From Myxococcota bacterium (GTDB lineage Bacteria > Myxococcota_A > Bradymonadia > UBA4248 > JAVFAO01), in assembly GCA_034002465.1 (NCBI GenBank), contig JAVFAO010000065.1:1-23528 (forward strand): 23,528 nucleotides of DNA. Direction: 5' to 3'. Made by a program: the position numbers and the translations under genes. The notes beneath the pieces are model-generated. The model saw only the letters and a list, made by a program, of their open reading frames with translations, had not been told where the DNA came from and made no database searches. The first letter of the stretch is position 1; every line of letters begins with the position of its first letter. Of the stretch, positions 1 to 8,750 are shown one piece after another.

Positions 1-348
1 GATCTCGTGAACGGCCTGCAGTGTCACCAGTGGACAGTCCACGGGCCAGACCAGATAGGCTGCCGCCTCGACCGAGGCGAGGCCGAGGCGCAGCGAGTCG
101 ATCATGTGGGTGCTCGCCCAATCTGGGTTGTGCACCCAGCGCACCTCGAGTCCAGCGTGTGCCTCGACCACGCGTGAGGCCTCGGCACCCACCACGACCA
201 CTGGACGTGCGGTGGGGAGCTGGCTGCAGGTGGCGGCGATGCGCTCGAGGAAGCTCTGCTCCTCGAGCTTGGCCAGCGCTTTGGTGATGCCCATCCGCGC
301 ACCGCGACCAGCGGCGAGGACGATGGGACGAATGGAGGTGCTGTCCAT
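1..348 (-). CDS. MobA-like NTP-transferase domain protein (molybdenum-cofactor nucleotidyltransferase family). The N-terminal ~115 aa are in the window; the 3' end lies beyond the left edge.
   Basis: Minus-strand ATG at 348-346. My translation is MDSTSIRPIVLAAGRGARMGITKALAKLEEQSFLERIAATC...WVHNPDWASTHMIDSLRLGLASVEAAAYLVWPVDCPLV. The LAAGxGxRMG glycine-rich loop and the D-x-P-L motif are typical of the MobA/MocA family. It is absent from the ORF track because no stop falls inside the window. Confidence 0.6.
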   Translation of the reverse strand, partial: MDSTSIRPIVLAAGRGARMGITKALAKLEEQSFLERIAATCSQLPTARPVVVVGAEASRVVEAHAGLEVRWVHNPDWASTHMIDSLRLGLASVEAAAYLVWPVDCPLVTLQAVHEI

Positions 349-406
349 GTCAGCCTTGTCGACTGGGGAGAGACCTGCGCTCAGGCAGCTCGTCGACAGG
401 ATGCGC

Positions 407-3208
407 CTAGTTGACCGAAAGCACCAGGTTGCCGTAGGCGGGGACTGTCGCGGGCAAGGTGCCGGTGTTGCCGTCTTGGTCGACGTAGCTGCCGCTCAGG
501 CCACAGCCGAGGGACATACCACTGCCGCTACGGTTGACGCCCACCAGGACGGTTTCCCCATCACGGGTCATTTTGTAGGACCAGCGATCGTTGGAGACCT
601 CACAGGTGCTTCGCGCACCGCCGCGAAGCGCCTTGTGTTGCTGTCGGAAACGGCCGAGCTTGGCGACCCAGTTCTTGGTTTCGGTCTCGTAGCCTTGGAG
701 GCCCGAGAAGCGCATCATGTGGCGGTTGTCGGGATCGGCCCCGCCAGGCTCGCAGATTTCGTCGCCTTGATAGACCAAGGGCGGCGGAGGGGAGGTGAGC
801 AAGATGGTGAAGGCTGCGCGCATTTTGCCTGCGTCATTGCCAGACTCGTTGAAGGCGCGGGTGACGTCGTGGTTGCCGATGAAGTAGGGCATCAACGCGC
901 CGTTCCAGACTTGCGTCTGATAGTAAGTGTCGCGTTCATCAGTGGTGGCCTTGACGCTGCTCAGGTTGGTGCCGCCGAGCACGTTGTCCTTGATGGCGTA
1001 GTAGAAGCCGAACTCGAACTGACCAGTGAGTTTGTCGTCGCCAACGTAGAGCCCCAGCATGTAGGTGCCGCCATCGAAGGTTTCACCGACAGTGTAGAAG
1101 GGCACGCCAGTGACCTCGAGATCTTGGCGAATGCGGCTGCGTGTGGTGGTGGTGAAGTCCATGACCATGTGCTTGACAGCGTCGAGGCGGAAGCCATCGA
1201 AGTCGAACTCCTGTGCCATCCAGATGGCGTGGTCGACGACGAGCTGCATGACCTGCTGGTTGCTGTAGTTGAGATCGGGCAGGTAGTTGGTGAACCAGCA
1301 GACGATGGGCTGATCCCAGCCGCAGATGTAGGGATTGCCGGGGCTATGGAACCAGTCGTCGTTGGGCCGATCATCCCAGAGTGGGGCAGTGGAGCCGTAG
1401 GCGTCATTGGCGTTGGTGATGCCGTAGACATGGTTGGCCACGAAATCGACCAGGATCCGGATGCCCTTGGAGTGTGCGAGCTGCACGAGCTCGTGCAGCT
1501 CGGCTTCGGTGCCGAAGTGGGGGTCGATGGGGGAGGTGATGCCAGGTAGTGGGTTGCGGTCGGTCCAACCCGTCGCGATGGGCCAGTAGGAGTGGTAGCC
1601 GGAGAAATAGCGGTTGTAATCGTTGAGCCCTCGGCCAGCGCCATCGGTGTTCAGAATAGGAGAGCTGATCCAGATGGCGTTGACGCCCATCTGTTCGAAG
1701 TAACCATCCTCGAGTTTGGCGATGATGCCTGCAAAGTCGCCACCTTGCCAGTTGGCTGCGCTATCGACGCCCGTCACCGGGGCGTTGTTGCTGCCCTTGC
1801 CGTCCAAGAAGCGGTCGGTCATGACCTGATACAGGAACATGTCTCTCCACTCGAACTTGCTGCTCTCCAGCCACATCGGCAGATAGAGATCATTACTGCG
1901 TTGACCAGCGCTGTCGACGACGCGGAAGAGGTAGGTGTATTTGCCGTTGGCAAGCCCAGTTGCAGAGATGTCGAAGATGCCGGTCTGGTCATCGTAGCTG
2001 CTATTGAGGTCGACGAGCTCACCGTTGAGGGTGATTCGGCTCTGGGCGAGGTCGATGGGGTTGTTGCCGGTGTAGCGCACCTGCAGTGAGTAGCCGGTGG
2101 CGCTGATGGTGGGCTGGGCCACCAGGGTCAGCAGTGGGCCGTCGCCGCTTCCTTGGCAGGTGTGGGTCGCGAGGTTGCAGGTTTGCCCCGAGCCACAGTC
2201 TGAGTTGGCGCCACAGCGACCAGCCGCCGGGCGACAGGCGTCACTGACGCACTGTTGCCAGTCTTCGCAGGTGACGCCGCCACACTGCGTGCTGCCGCCC
2301 TCGATCTGGGCCACCCCCACATTGGGCGTGCCTTTGATGACGCCGTCGAAACCGCAGTAGGTCCAGCTCTGCCCATCGTTCAGGCTGTAGCGGAAGAGGT
2401 AGTAGCGGGTGCCGCCTTGGTCCATCGAGAAGGGAGCGGAGAACTCGTTGTTGTTGCCGCAAGTGGTGCAAGCCGGGTTGAAGCTCGCATCGACCCACTG
2501 GATGTCCGTTGCGATCACTGGGTAGCCGACTGCGACGCCGCTTTGCCCAAGCTGCGCCTTCAGTCCTGCAGGTACGGCCGAGAAGGGCGTGTTGAAGGTG
2601 GGGTCGGAGTCGACATAGAGCTGGCTGTAGACCGTCACCGCTGGGTCACCTACCGAACCGGCGATCGAGAGCGGCCACTGAATGTTGCACCAGTGAATCT
2701 CGGGCGCCGTGTCCGCCACGCAGCTCGTCCCCTCGGGCATGAAGCCGAACGGACAGTTGCAGACTGGGTTGGTGTTCGCATCGACTGAGCACACGCCGCC
2801 ATTCCCGCAGTCCACCGCAGCGCAAGGATCGGAGACGCAGGTGTGAGCAACGCGATCGCAGACCTCTCCGCCGGTGCAATCGCTGTTCGTTTCACAGCGC
2901 CCCGGATTGAGATAGCACTGACCATCACGACACGACTCCCACTCCTCGCAGACCACGCCGGTACAGCTCGGCAGCTCCGTGTCCGTGTCGACGTCGGTAT
3001 CCTGATCGACCTGGTCCTGGTCCTGATCGGGCGTGTCCGAGATGGTGTCGGTTTCGCCGTAGGCGTTGTCGTTGATCAGATCGTCGAAATCATAGCCATC
3101 ATTAGGTAACTCGAGATCCTCGGGCGGCGTGACGACCGACTCGTCGTCACATCCCCAGAGGCCACCAAAAGCGAGCGCCACAAAAAAAAGCACTGTGAGC
3201 TTGCGCAT
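407..3208 (-). CDS. Secreted lipoprotein of the GH13 alpha-amylase family, with N-terminal acidic linker, two Cys-rich modules (one EGF-like) and a beta-sandwich domain.
   Basis: ORF 407..3289. I place the start at the ATG at 3208 (MRKLTVLFFVALAFGGLWGC, signal peptide plus lipobox), which has AGGAG 7 nt upstream. GH13 signatures: GYHSYW, GFRLDAVKHM (region II), GIRILVDFVANH. Cys-rich modules: CTGVVCEEWESC...CNCPFGFMPEGTSC and CGGVTCEDWQQC...ANSDCGSGQTC. TAG stop at 409-407. Confidence 0.85.
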   Translation of the reverse strand: MRKLTVLFFVALAFGGLWGCDDESVVTPPEDLELPNDGYDFDDLINDNAYGETDTISDTPDQDQDQVDQDTDVDTDTELPSCTGVVCEEWESCRDGQCYLNPGRCETNSDCTGGEVCDRVAHTCVSDPCAAVDCGNGGVCSVDANTNPVCNCPFGFMPEGTSCVADTAPEIHWCNIQWPLSIAGSVGDPAVTVYSQLYVDSDPTFNTPFSAVPAGLKAQLGQSGVAVGYPVIATDIQWVDASFNPACTTCGNNNEFSAPFSMDQGGTRYYLFRYSLNDGQSWTYCGFDGVIKGTPNVGVAQIEGGSTQCGGVTCEDWQQCVSDACRPAAGRCGANSDCGSGQTCNLATHTCQGSGDGPLLTLVAQPTISATGYSLQVRYTGNNPIDLAQSRITLNGELVDLNSSYDDQTGIFDISATGLANGKYTYLFRVVDSAGQRSNDLYLPMWLESSKFEWRDMFLYQVMTDRFLDGKGSNNAPVTGVDSAANWQGGDFAGIIAKLEDGYFEQMGVNAIWISSPILNTDGAGRGLNDYNRYFSGYHSYWPIATGWTDRNPLPGITSPIDPHFGTEAELHELVQLAHSKGIRILVDFVANHVYGITNANDAYGSTAPLWDDRPNDDWFHSPGNPYICGWDQPIVCWFTNYLPDLNYSNQQVMQLVVDHAIWMAQEFDFDGFRLDAVKHMVMDFTTTTRSRIRQDLEVTGVPFYTVGETFDGGTYMLGLYVGDDKLTGQFEFGFYYAIKDNVLGGTNLSSVKATTDERDTYYQTQVWNGALMPYFIGNHDVTRAFNESGNDAGKMRAAFTILLTSPPPPLVYQGDEICEPGGADPDNRHMMRFSGLQGYETETKNWVAKLGRFRQQHKALRGGARSTCEVSNDRWSYKMTRDGETVLVGVNRSGSGMSLGCGLSGSYVDQDGNTGTLPATVPAYGNLVLSVN

Positions 3209-3370
3209 CGACCGTCTCCTACATCCACCGTCCACCGCCGACAGTGGCTGGGAGCAATGTAGCAGAAACACCTCCATCTGCAAGACCATCCGAAGCTGTT
3301 TTCAAAGCTCTGAATAGTACTTGTGTTTTTCGATAGATCACGGAGGCAATCGGCGCGGCGACCGCGACGT

Positions 3371-4588
3371 TCAGCCCGATTCCGAGGAGCTCCGCGTCGT
3401 CTCGTGCACGCCGACACAGCAGTTTCGGCCGCGGCTCTTCGCCACATAGAGGGCACGATCTGCCAAGCTGAACAACGAACCGCGACCCAGCGACTGGGTG
3501 GTCGACACGGCCACCCCGACGCTGACCGTCACCTCGCCAGCGCCGAGGCCCCCCAGGCTCGCGAACTCCACCGATTCCCGCAGCTTCTCTGAGACGCGCA
3601 TGGCCTCGTCCTGGCTGACGCCGCCAGTGAGGATGACCACGAATTCCTCGCCGCCATAGCGAGCGATGAGGTCCTCTGCGCGCAGCTTGCTGCGCAGCAG
3701 GGTGGCGATGTCCTTGAGAACGGCGTCGCCACACTCATGCCCGAAGCGATCGTTGATCGCCTTGAAGTGGTCGATGTCCAAGACCAGCATCGCCAACGGC
3801 CGTCCTGTGCGGCTGGCCCAGTGCATCTCCTGCTCGAGCCGCTGCTCGTAATGACGGCGATTGAAAACCCCGGTCAGACCATCCACCGAGGCCATCTCCG
3901 CGAGTCGCATGTGGAGCTGGGCCTTCTCGATGGCGATGGCGGCGAGGTTGGCGAGGGTGGAGAGGGCGCGTTGGTCGTTGGCGTTGATGGGGCGCTGGTT
4001 GTAGGCGTTGTCGACCAGGACCACTCCCAACATGCTCTCCTGCAGCGCGATGGGGACCAGCGCGAAAGGAGAGAAACGCAGCCACTCACCGGATGTGGTT
4101 TGATAGGCAGCGACGTGATCATTGCTGACGAGCATCTCCCGCTTGGCAGCACAACGCGCCACCACATGGACCAAGGGGAGCTCGTGCTGGCTCCAATCCA
4201 GCTCTGGCGCTGCAGCTTCGATGTGGATCGAGACGTCCGAGAGCGCGCGCGTCAGGGCTTGGGCGCGCGGATCCTGCGCTGCACCATAGGAGTCGATCAA
4301 GCTCTGCAGATCGAGACCGATATCCTCGATGGCTTCCCAGATGCGGTGCGCCTCCTCTTCGTTGGCCGGCCCGATGGCTGAGGACGTGCGCAGCTCGCTG
4401 CGACGTTCACGGGTGAGGAAGAGCACCGCTCGGTTGAAATTCAGACCGTCGCCGTGAGTGATCCCCGACATGATGATGTGGAGGATCTGGTCCAGGTCCA
4501 GAGCAGCAAGCATACCGCGGGTAACCGTGAGCTGGAACTTCAGCTCCTTGAGGAGCACGCTATCTTGGGGTGCGAGGTGCTCATTCAT
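3371..4588 (-). CDS. GAF-domain diguanylate cyclase (GGDEF output, GGEEF active site with RxxD I-site).
   Basis: ORF 3371..4753. Start chosen at the ATG at 4588 (MNEHLAPQD), which overlaps the stop of the upstream PAS gene as ATGAATGA. RYGGEEF active site with RAED five residues upstream (I-site). The N-terminal ~250 aa are GAF-like. TGA stop at 3373-3371. Confidence 0.8.
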   Translation of the reverse strand: MNEHLAPQDSVLLKELKFQLTVTRGMLAALDLDQILHIIMSGITHGDGLNFNRAVLFLTRERRSELRTSSAIGPANEEEAHRIWEAIEDIGLDLQSLIDSYGAAQDPRAQALTRALSDVSIHIEAAAPELDWSQHELPLVHVVARCAAKREMLVSNDHVAAYQTTSGEWLRFSPFALVPIALQESMLGVVLVDNAYNQRPINANDQRALSTLANLAAIAIEKAQLHMRLAEMASVDGLTGVFNRRHYEQRLEQEMHWASRTGRPLAMLVLDIDHFKAINDRFGHECGDAVLKDIATLLRSKLRAEDLIARYGGEEFVVILTGGVSQDEAMRVSEKLRESVEFASLGGLGAGEVTVSVGVAVSTTQSLGRGSLFSLADRALYVAKSRGRNCCVGVHETTRSSSESG

Positions 4589-5780
4589 GCGAATCGTCCC
4601 GCGGTGGTGGCTTCGCCGGGTTCTCAGGCGGAGAAACACTTGCGTCCGAAGCATCAGCCCTTGCTCGAGCCAGTCGAGCTGCGGCTGGCGCGCCATGTCG
4701 TTGGGCCATGACCTGCTCACTGACCCGACGTGCACAGTCTGGGCAGATGCCATGCGAGAAATCTGCGTCGGAGTGCTCGCTGATGTAGACTTCGAGCTGC
4801 TTCCAATACCCTTGGTCGTCCCTGATCATTTTGCAATTCGCACAGATCGGGAGCAATCCGGTGAGCGTCTTCACCTGCGTCGCCGCAGCCCTCAGCTCTC
4901 GAATCAAGGCTTCTCGCTCCTCCTCAGCGCGTTTGCGTTCGCTCACATCGAGACCGATGGCCCAGCTACGCCAGCCGGGCACGCTGTGTGTGCGTGAGAC
5001 GATGGACCAGGCCACGATCCGCCTGCTCCCGTCCTTGCAGCTGATCTCTGTCTCCATGTCGATGACTTCCCCACGCATGGCATCCCAGAGCTCACTCAGC
5101 CGAATCCGATACTGGGTATCGGGATAGAGCAGCTCCAGGAGATCGGTGCGTCCCAGCATCTCTGAGGCGGCATAGCCGGTGACCCGCACGCACTCCTGGT
5201 TCCACAGCACGATGCGCCCCATTTCATCGACGGCATTGAGCAGCACTGGCATGTGCTGGACCACGAGCTGAAGACGCCTTTCACTACACAGCAGAGCAAG
5301 CTCGGCGGCTTTGCGCTCGGTGAAGTCTTCGACCAAGGCTTGAACATGGCTGACCTCGCCCTGCGCATCGAAGACTGGAGTCATATGGTAGCGAAAGTGA
5401 GCGGTCTTCCCCCATTTCGTGGTATACAGAGCATCACCAACGACCGCTCGACGCTGTGCGAAGCAAGTGCGAAAATGCTCACTGATCCCAGAGCGCTTGA
5501 GGGGCTCGAAGGTGAACATGTTGATTTGCTGTGTATCCTGGGCAGACGGCGAGCCGAGCAGACGCAGCACCATGGCATTGGTGCTCGTGATGCGGCCGTC
5601 GTTGGAGACCTCCAGCACCCCCAAGGGAGCACTCTCAACGAGCTCCCGATAGCGGGCAAGGTGCTGACGTTCGTCACGAAGCTGAGCTTGAGCCAAGGCG
5701 AGTTCGCCTTCGAGTCTGAGCACCCGCTCGGATTCATCTCCAGTGCGAGACTCTTCTGACTCGTGAGGGGTCTTGCTCAT
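4581..5780 (-). CDS. Tandem PAS/PAC sensor protein with a C-terminal Cys/His (CxxC...HGICPxC) zinc-ribbon-like module and no recognisable kinase or other output domain.
   Basis: ATG at 5780, TGA at 4583-4581. N-terminal coiled coil followed by two PAS-like segments. C-terminus LLPICANCKMIRDDQGYWKQLEVYISEHSDADFSHGICPDCARR. Translationally coupled to the downstream GGDEF gene. Confidence 0.8.
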   Translation of the reverse strand: MSKTPHESEESRTGDESERVLRLEGELALAQAQLRDERQHLARYRELVESAPLGVLEVSNDGRITSTNAMVLRLLGSPSAQDTQQINMFTFEPLKRSGISEHFRTCFAQRRAVVGDALYTTKWGKTAHFRYHMTPVFDAQGEVSHVQALVEDFTERKAAELALLCSERRLQLVVQHMPVLLNAVDEMGRIVLWNQECVRVTGYAASEMLGRTDLLELLYPDTQYRIRLSELWDAMRGEVIDMETEISCKDGSRRIVAWSIVSRTHSVPGWRSWAIGLDVSERKRAEEEREALIRELRAAATQVKTLTGLLPICANCKMIRDDQGYWKQLEVYISEHSDADFSHGICPDCARRVSEQVMAQRHGAPAAARLARARADASDASVSPPENPAKPPPRDDSHE

Positions 5781-5804
5781 TCGCCTGCCGCAGGTTCTCG
5801 TTGC

Positions 5805-5866
5805 CTGAGTTTTTGTCGATGGGGCGCTTGGCCCGGTTCCCCAAGTTTTTGTCGATGGGGCGGGTA
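5805..5866 (-). repeat. Family A short dispersed repeat, about 1.5 tandem units, in inverse orientation relative to the other copies.
   Basis: Reverse complement reads ...CCCATCGACAAAAACTTGGGGAACCGGGCCAAGCGCCCCATCGACAAAAACTC. This matches the 36-bp unit AAGTTGGGGGAACAGGCCAAGCGCCCAATGGACAAG found at 8751, 11449, 17084 and 20163. Confidence 0.7.
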
Positions 5867-6187
5867 CAACAGAGTCAGCGCAAAGCGCTCAGGACTGGAC
5901 GATACGACAAGTGCCGCTGCATCCCTTAGCCATTTCACCTCAACAGCACACCGCAGTTCGGCATTCCGAGCCGAAACCGCGGGCCCTGTGCCGCCCAAAC
6001 GCACGAGGCCGAGTCGCTTTCATGGGCCAAAGGATGGTCGATGAGGACAACAGGGCGCAAGCGCGCTCAGCAGCTACCGCTCGAGCACCTTCTTCGTAGC
6101 CCAGCCGCAGTCGCATTGCAAGCTTTGCCCGGATCGTGAACGCACGCTGCGGCCGCAACGCATGCACTTGGCGTCACTTCGAGCGCG

Positions 6188-6391
6188 TCAGCTCTCGCTA
6201 TCCTCGGGCTCGCTGCCGTGTTCTTCGCTGTCGAGCTCATCGAGCGCTGCACAGTGCCGATCGATGTGTTCCAAGGAGCATTGTAAGCTGATGCAAGCCT
6301 CTCGGAGGCGTTGCAGGCTGTCCTCGAGACCGAACTTCGCGGCCTGGAGCTGTGTCGCCAGCTCCACGAGCTTGGGATCGGAGAGGCTCAT
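6188..6391 (-). CDS. Small acidic hypothetical protein (67 aa), last gene of the mfd / SurA-like cluster.
   Basis: ATG at 6391 lies 3 nt after the TGA of the upstream PPIase gene (TGAaacATG). High GC3, acidic C-terminal tail (DELDSEEHGSEPEDSES), no recognisable domain. Confidence 0.45.
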   Translation of the reverse strand: MSLSDPKLVELATQLQAAKFGLEDSLQRLREACISLQCSLEHIDRHCAALDELDSEEHGSEPEDSES

Positions 6392-6394
6392 GTT

Positions 6395-7498
6395 TCAGCG
6401 GGCCTGCTGTGCTTCGGCGCTACGTTTCTGGGCCGTTTCGGCAATGTCCACATTGAGTCGTCGCTTGACGAAGCGACGCTTGGCCAGGTTCGAGATCCAG
6501 GTCTCAATCAGCTTCTGACCTTCGAGGTTGATCAGCTCGGCTCGGCACTCCTCCATGGTCTGTTGCCAGCTCTCGCTGCTGCTCTGAGAACGTCCATCGA
6601 CGCGGAGGATGTGGAACCCCTTCTCGGTCTCGATGATATCGCTGAGCTCGCCAACTTCCAACTCGAATACAGGGCCAAACTCGGCGCTCAGATCCGATCG
6701 CGTAAAACTGCCAAGTTGTCCGCGTCGTTTGGCCGACATGCCGGCAGAGAACTGCTCTGCAACGTCCTCGAAAGCCAGACCCTCCACGCGAACCATCTGA
6801 TAGAGTTGACGTGCCGCGGCATAGCGCACGGCGTCAACCGCCTCCCACCACGCCGGATAGAGCTTGGCCCAGGACGATTCCTGGCCGAGCTGAGCGTCCA
6901 GGGCTTCAGCGGTGACCACAATCTGGCTCAGCTCGAACTTCTCTGTACTCTGCCCCTCGGGCTGCTTCTCCCTCGCACAGGCTTCGACGTCGGGGGTCGA
7001 AACATCAACCTGTCCGCCAAGCTCGGTGCGCACCACGAACTGCGAGCGGAGCTCGTCCCGCAGGAAGCGCCGGAACGCATCCCAAGGAATGCCCTGCGCT
7101 CCCATCAGCGCCCTGTACTGCTGTTCAGTCTGACGGGTGCGTTGGTAGAGCATCTCGAGGCGCTGGTCGACCTCAGCATCGCCAACAGGAGCCTGCAGCT
7201 TGGCTGCCTCCGCGGACAAGAGACGGGTCTGGATCAGACGCTCGAGCAGCATCTCCAAAACCTGCGCTCGGTCGGCTGCGCCGTCCAGCGCTTCGACTCG
7301 CTGATTGGCGCTGGCGAGTCGAATACGGGCGTCGATGCGCAGGTCGTTGAACGTCACCACCTCGTCTTCGATGATGGCCACCACCCTATCCAGGGTTTCG
7401 GCACGAGCATCGGGGACACAGACGAGCAAGACGAAGAGCGAAAGCAAGCCGCTTGCTGTGGCAAGACCGGGAGTGCGGGGGCACGAAACTGCTGCCAT
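6395..7498 (-). CDS. SurA-family periplasmic chaperone / parvulin-type peptidyl-prolyl cis-trans isomerase.
   Basis: Signal peptide (LLSLFVLLVCVPDARA). SurA-N-like LDRVVAIIEDEVVTFNDL. Parvulin domain AEQFSAGMSAKRRGQLGSFTRSDLSAEFGPVFELEVGELSDIIETEKGFHILRV. ATG at 7498. Confidence 0.8.
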   Translation of the reverse strand: MAAVSCPRTPGLATASGLLSLFVLLVCVPDARAETLDRVVAIIEDEVVTFNDLRIDARIRLASANQRVEALDGAADRAQVLEMLLERLIQTRLLSAEAAKLQAPVGDAEVDQRLEMLYQRTRQTEQQYRALMGAQGIPWDAFRRFLRDELRSQFVVRTELGGQVDVSTPDVEACAREKQPEGQSTEKFELSQIVVTAEALDAQLGQESSWAKLYPAWWEAVDAVRYAAARQLYQMVRVEGLAFEDVAEQFSAGMSAKRRGQLGSFTRSDLSAEFGPVFELEVGELSDIIETEKGFHILRVDGRSQSSSESWQQTMEECRAELINLEGQKLIETWISNLAKRRFVKRRLNVDIAETAQKRSAEAQQAR

Positions 7499-7519
7499 GA
7501 AGAACTCGCAGAAGGACCG

Positions 7520-8491
7520 TCAAGGTCGGGTAGAGCCAGAGATGGCGTCAGAGAGCGAAGGCTCGAGAATCTCAACCCGAGCCGTCGCCATCACCTCGGC
7601 GACGTGAGCTTGCCAGGCGCGCGCTGCCGCGGCCTCGAGCGCGTCGTTCGCCAAGATCACACGAAGCTCGCTGGCTGGCAAGGGCTTGGCGGCGATTCGC
7701 TCGCGCACGTTCACCAGATAACAGCAGGACTGAGGCAGCGAAAGCAGCGCTCTCAGCCCAAGACCCGCCTCGGCAAAGAGGGCATCCGCCACCGCGTCAT
7801 CCAGCGCGCCCCGCGCCTCAGCGCGAGAAAATGGGCCCAAGCTCGCCTGGTTGGGCGACTCCTCGGTGTAGCTGCGCGCAAGCTCGAGGAAGAGCGCATC
7901 GGGGTTACCCGAGGGGTGCCACAAACTGGCGCCGCGCAGCATCGCAAAGGCCGTCATCAAGCGGCGCGCTCGCTGTGGGCTGCGGGTGAACAGAAGATCG
8001 ACGGTCAGTTGCTCGGGACTCTGCCAACGCTCTGGCTCGGCGCGCAGCGCCGCCTCGACGTCTTCGGGCGTCGGCGGCGCCACCTGTTGCGCTGTCTCTT
8101 GCCCGAGCTCCTGGCGGCGCTGCTCAATCATCTGCTCGCGGGTGTGGAGCTGTACCCACGCATCTTGCTGGAGACCCTGCTCGACCGCCATCTGTCTCAG
8201 CAACACGAAATTGATCATTTCACCGAAAATGCGCATGTAGCCCGTCTGCCCTTGCACCGCCTCGCGCAGGTAGCTGGGCATGGACGTGATGGTCGCCTCG
8301 AAGCGCGCGACGCTTATGCCCTCTCCATTGATTCGGCCGAGCACCCGCGACGCGCTCTGCTCGCGCTCGCGTTGCTCCACCTCTTCCTGTCGCTCGGCTT
8401 TCGAGCATCCCCAGGTCAAACTGAGCAAAAGCGGGACGAGCAGCGCGAGCTGCAAGGCCTTCCTGAGACTCCTCTTGATGACCCATGTCAT
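7520..8491 (-). CDS. SurA N-terminal-domain-like lipoprotein chaperone (PpiD/SurA_N family).
   Basis: ORF 7520..8530. I prefer the ATG at 8491 (MTWVIKRSLRKALQLALLVPLLLSLTWGC, lipobox), which has GGAG 9 nt upstream. SurA_N-like segment RINGEGISVARFEATI...NFVLLRQMAVEQGL. Confidence 0.7.
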   Translation of the reverse strand: MTWVIKRSLRKALQLALLVPLLLSLTWGCSKAERQEEVEQREREQSASRVLGRINGEGISVARFEATITSMPSYLREAVQGQTGYMRIFGEMINFVLLRQMAVEQGLQQDAWVQLHTREQMIEQRRQELGQETAQQVAPPTPEDVEAALRAEPERWQSPEQLTVDLLFTRSPQRARRLMTAFAMLRGASLWHPSGNPDALFLELARSYTEESPNQASLGPFSRAEARGALDDAVADALFAEAGLGLRALLSLPQSCCYLVNVRERIAAKPLPASELRVILANDALEAAAARAWQAHVAEVMATARVEILEPSLSDAISGSTRP

Positions 8492-8585
8492 GACACGAGC
8501 TCCAGCGTTCGTCGGCTGGTGGTTTTGCACACGCCCCGGAGTCCTACACTCCCAAAGGAGCGCAACGGCGTCTCAGTGGCGTCGG

Positions 8586-8635
8586 CAACAATCCGATTTC
8601 AAAGGGATTCCAACGGGCATCGCCCGAGGCGTGGC
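8586..8635 (+). repeat. Family C repeat copy C1 (CAACAAxxxGAxxTCAAAGGGATTCCAA-GGGC-loop-GCCC).
   Basis: caacaatccgatttcaaagggattccaacgggcatcgcccgaggcgtgg. Near-identical core at 13703 and 17003. GGGCatcGCCC forms a hairpin. Confidence 0.6.
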
Positions 8636-8685
8636 AGAGCTCATCAGTAGCATTCGTTCGCTCTCGGGCACCAAGCTCTCGACAG

Positions 8686-8749
8686 CCGCAATTCCGACGG
8701 AATGTCAAGAAGATGCGTGCCCTTCGCGCACTTTCGATCGGATTCAAGT
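8686..8749 (+). repeat. Family B hairpin repeat copy B1.
   Basis: ctctcgacagccgcaattccgacggaatgtcaagaagatgcgtgcccttcgcgcactttcgatcggattcaag. A second copy at 22586 is about 80% identical. Internal ATTCC/GGAAT stem and outer CTCTCGAC/GTCAAGAG imperfect stem. Confidence 0.65.
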
Positions 8750-8750
8750 A

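Noticed and set aside
104-1549. 481-aa plus-strand ORF.
   Set aside because: It is antisense to the GH13 amylase gene, whose minus-strand translation has clear family motifs. The plus frame is a low-complexity A/G/V/D-rich artefact of high GC.
3209-3370. Looked for an intrinsic terminator after the GGDEF gene and a sigma-54 promoter for the amylase.
   Set aside because: Only a short CGCGG/CCGCG stem with no T-tract on the transcribed strand, and no convincing TGGCAC-N5-TTGC element. Not enough to call.
6311-8650. 779-aa plus-strand ORF spanning both SurA-like genes.
   Set aside because: It is antisense to two minus-strand genes with recognisable SurA/parvulin domains and signal peptides. 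Its composition is Arg/Leu/Gly-rich and typical of shadow ORFs in GC-rich DNA.
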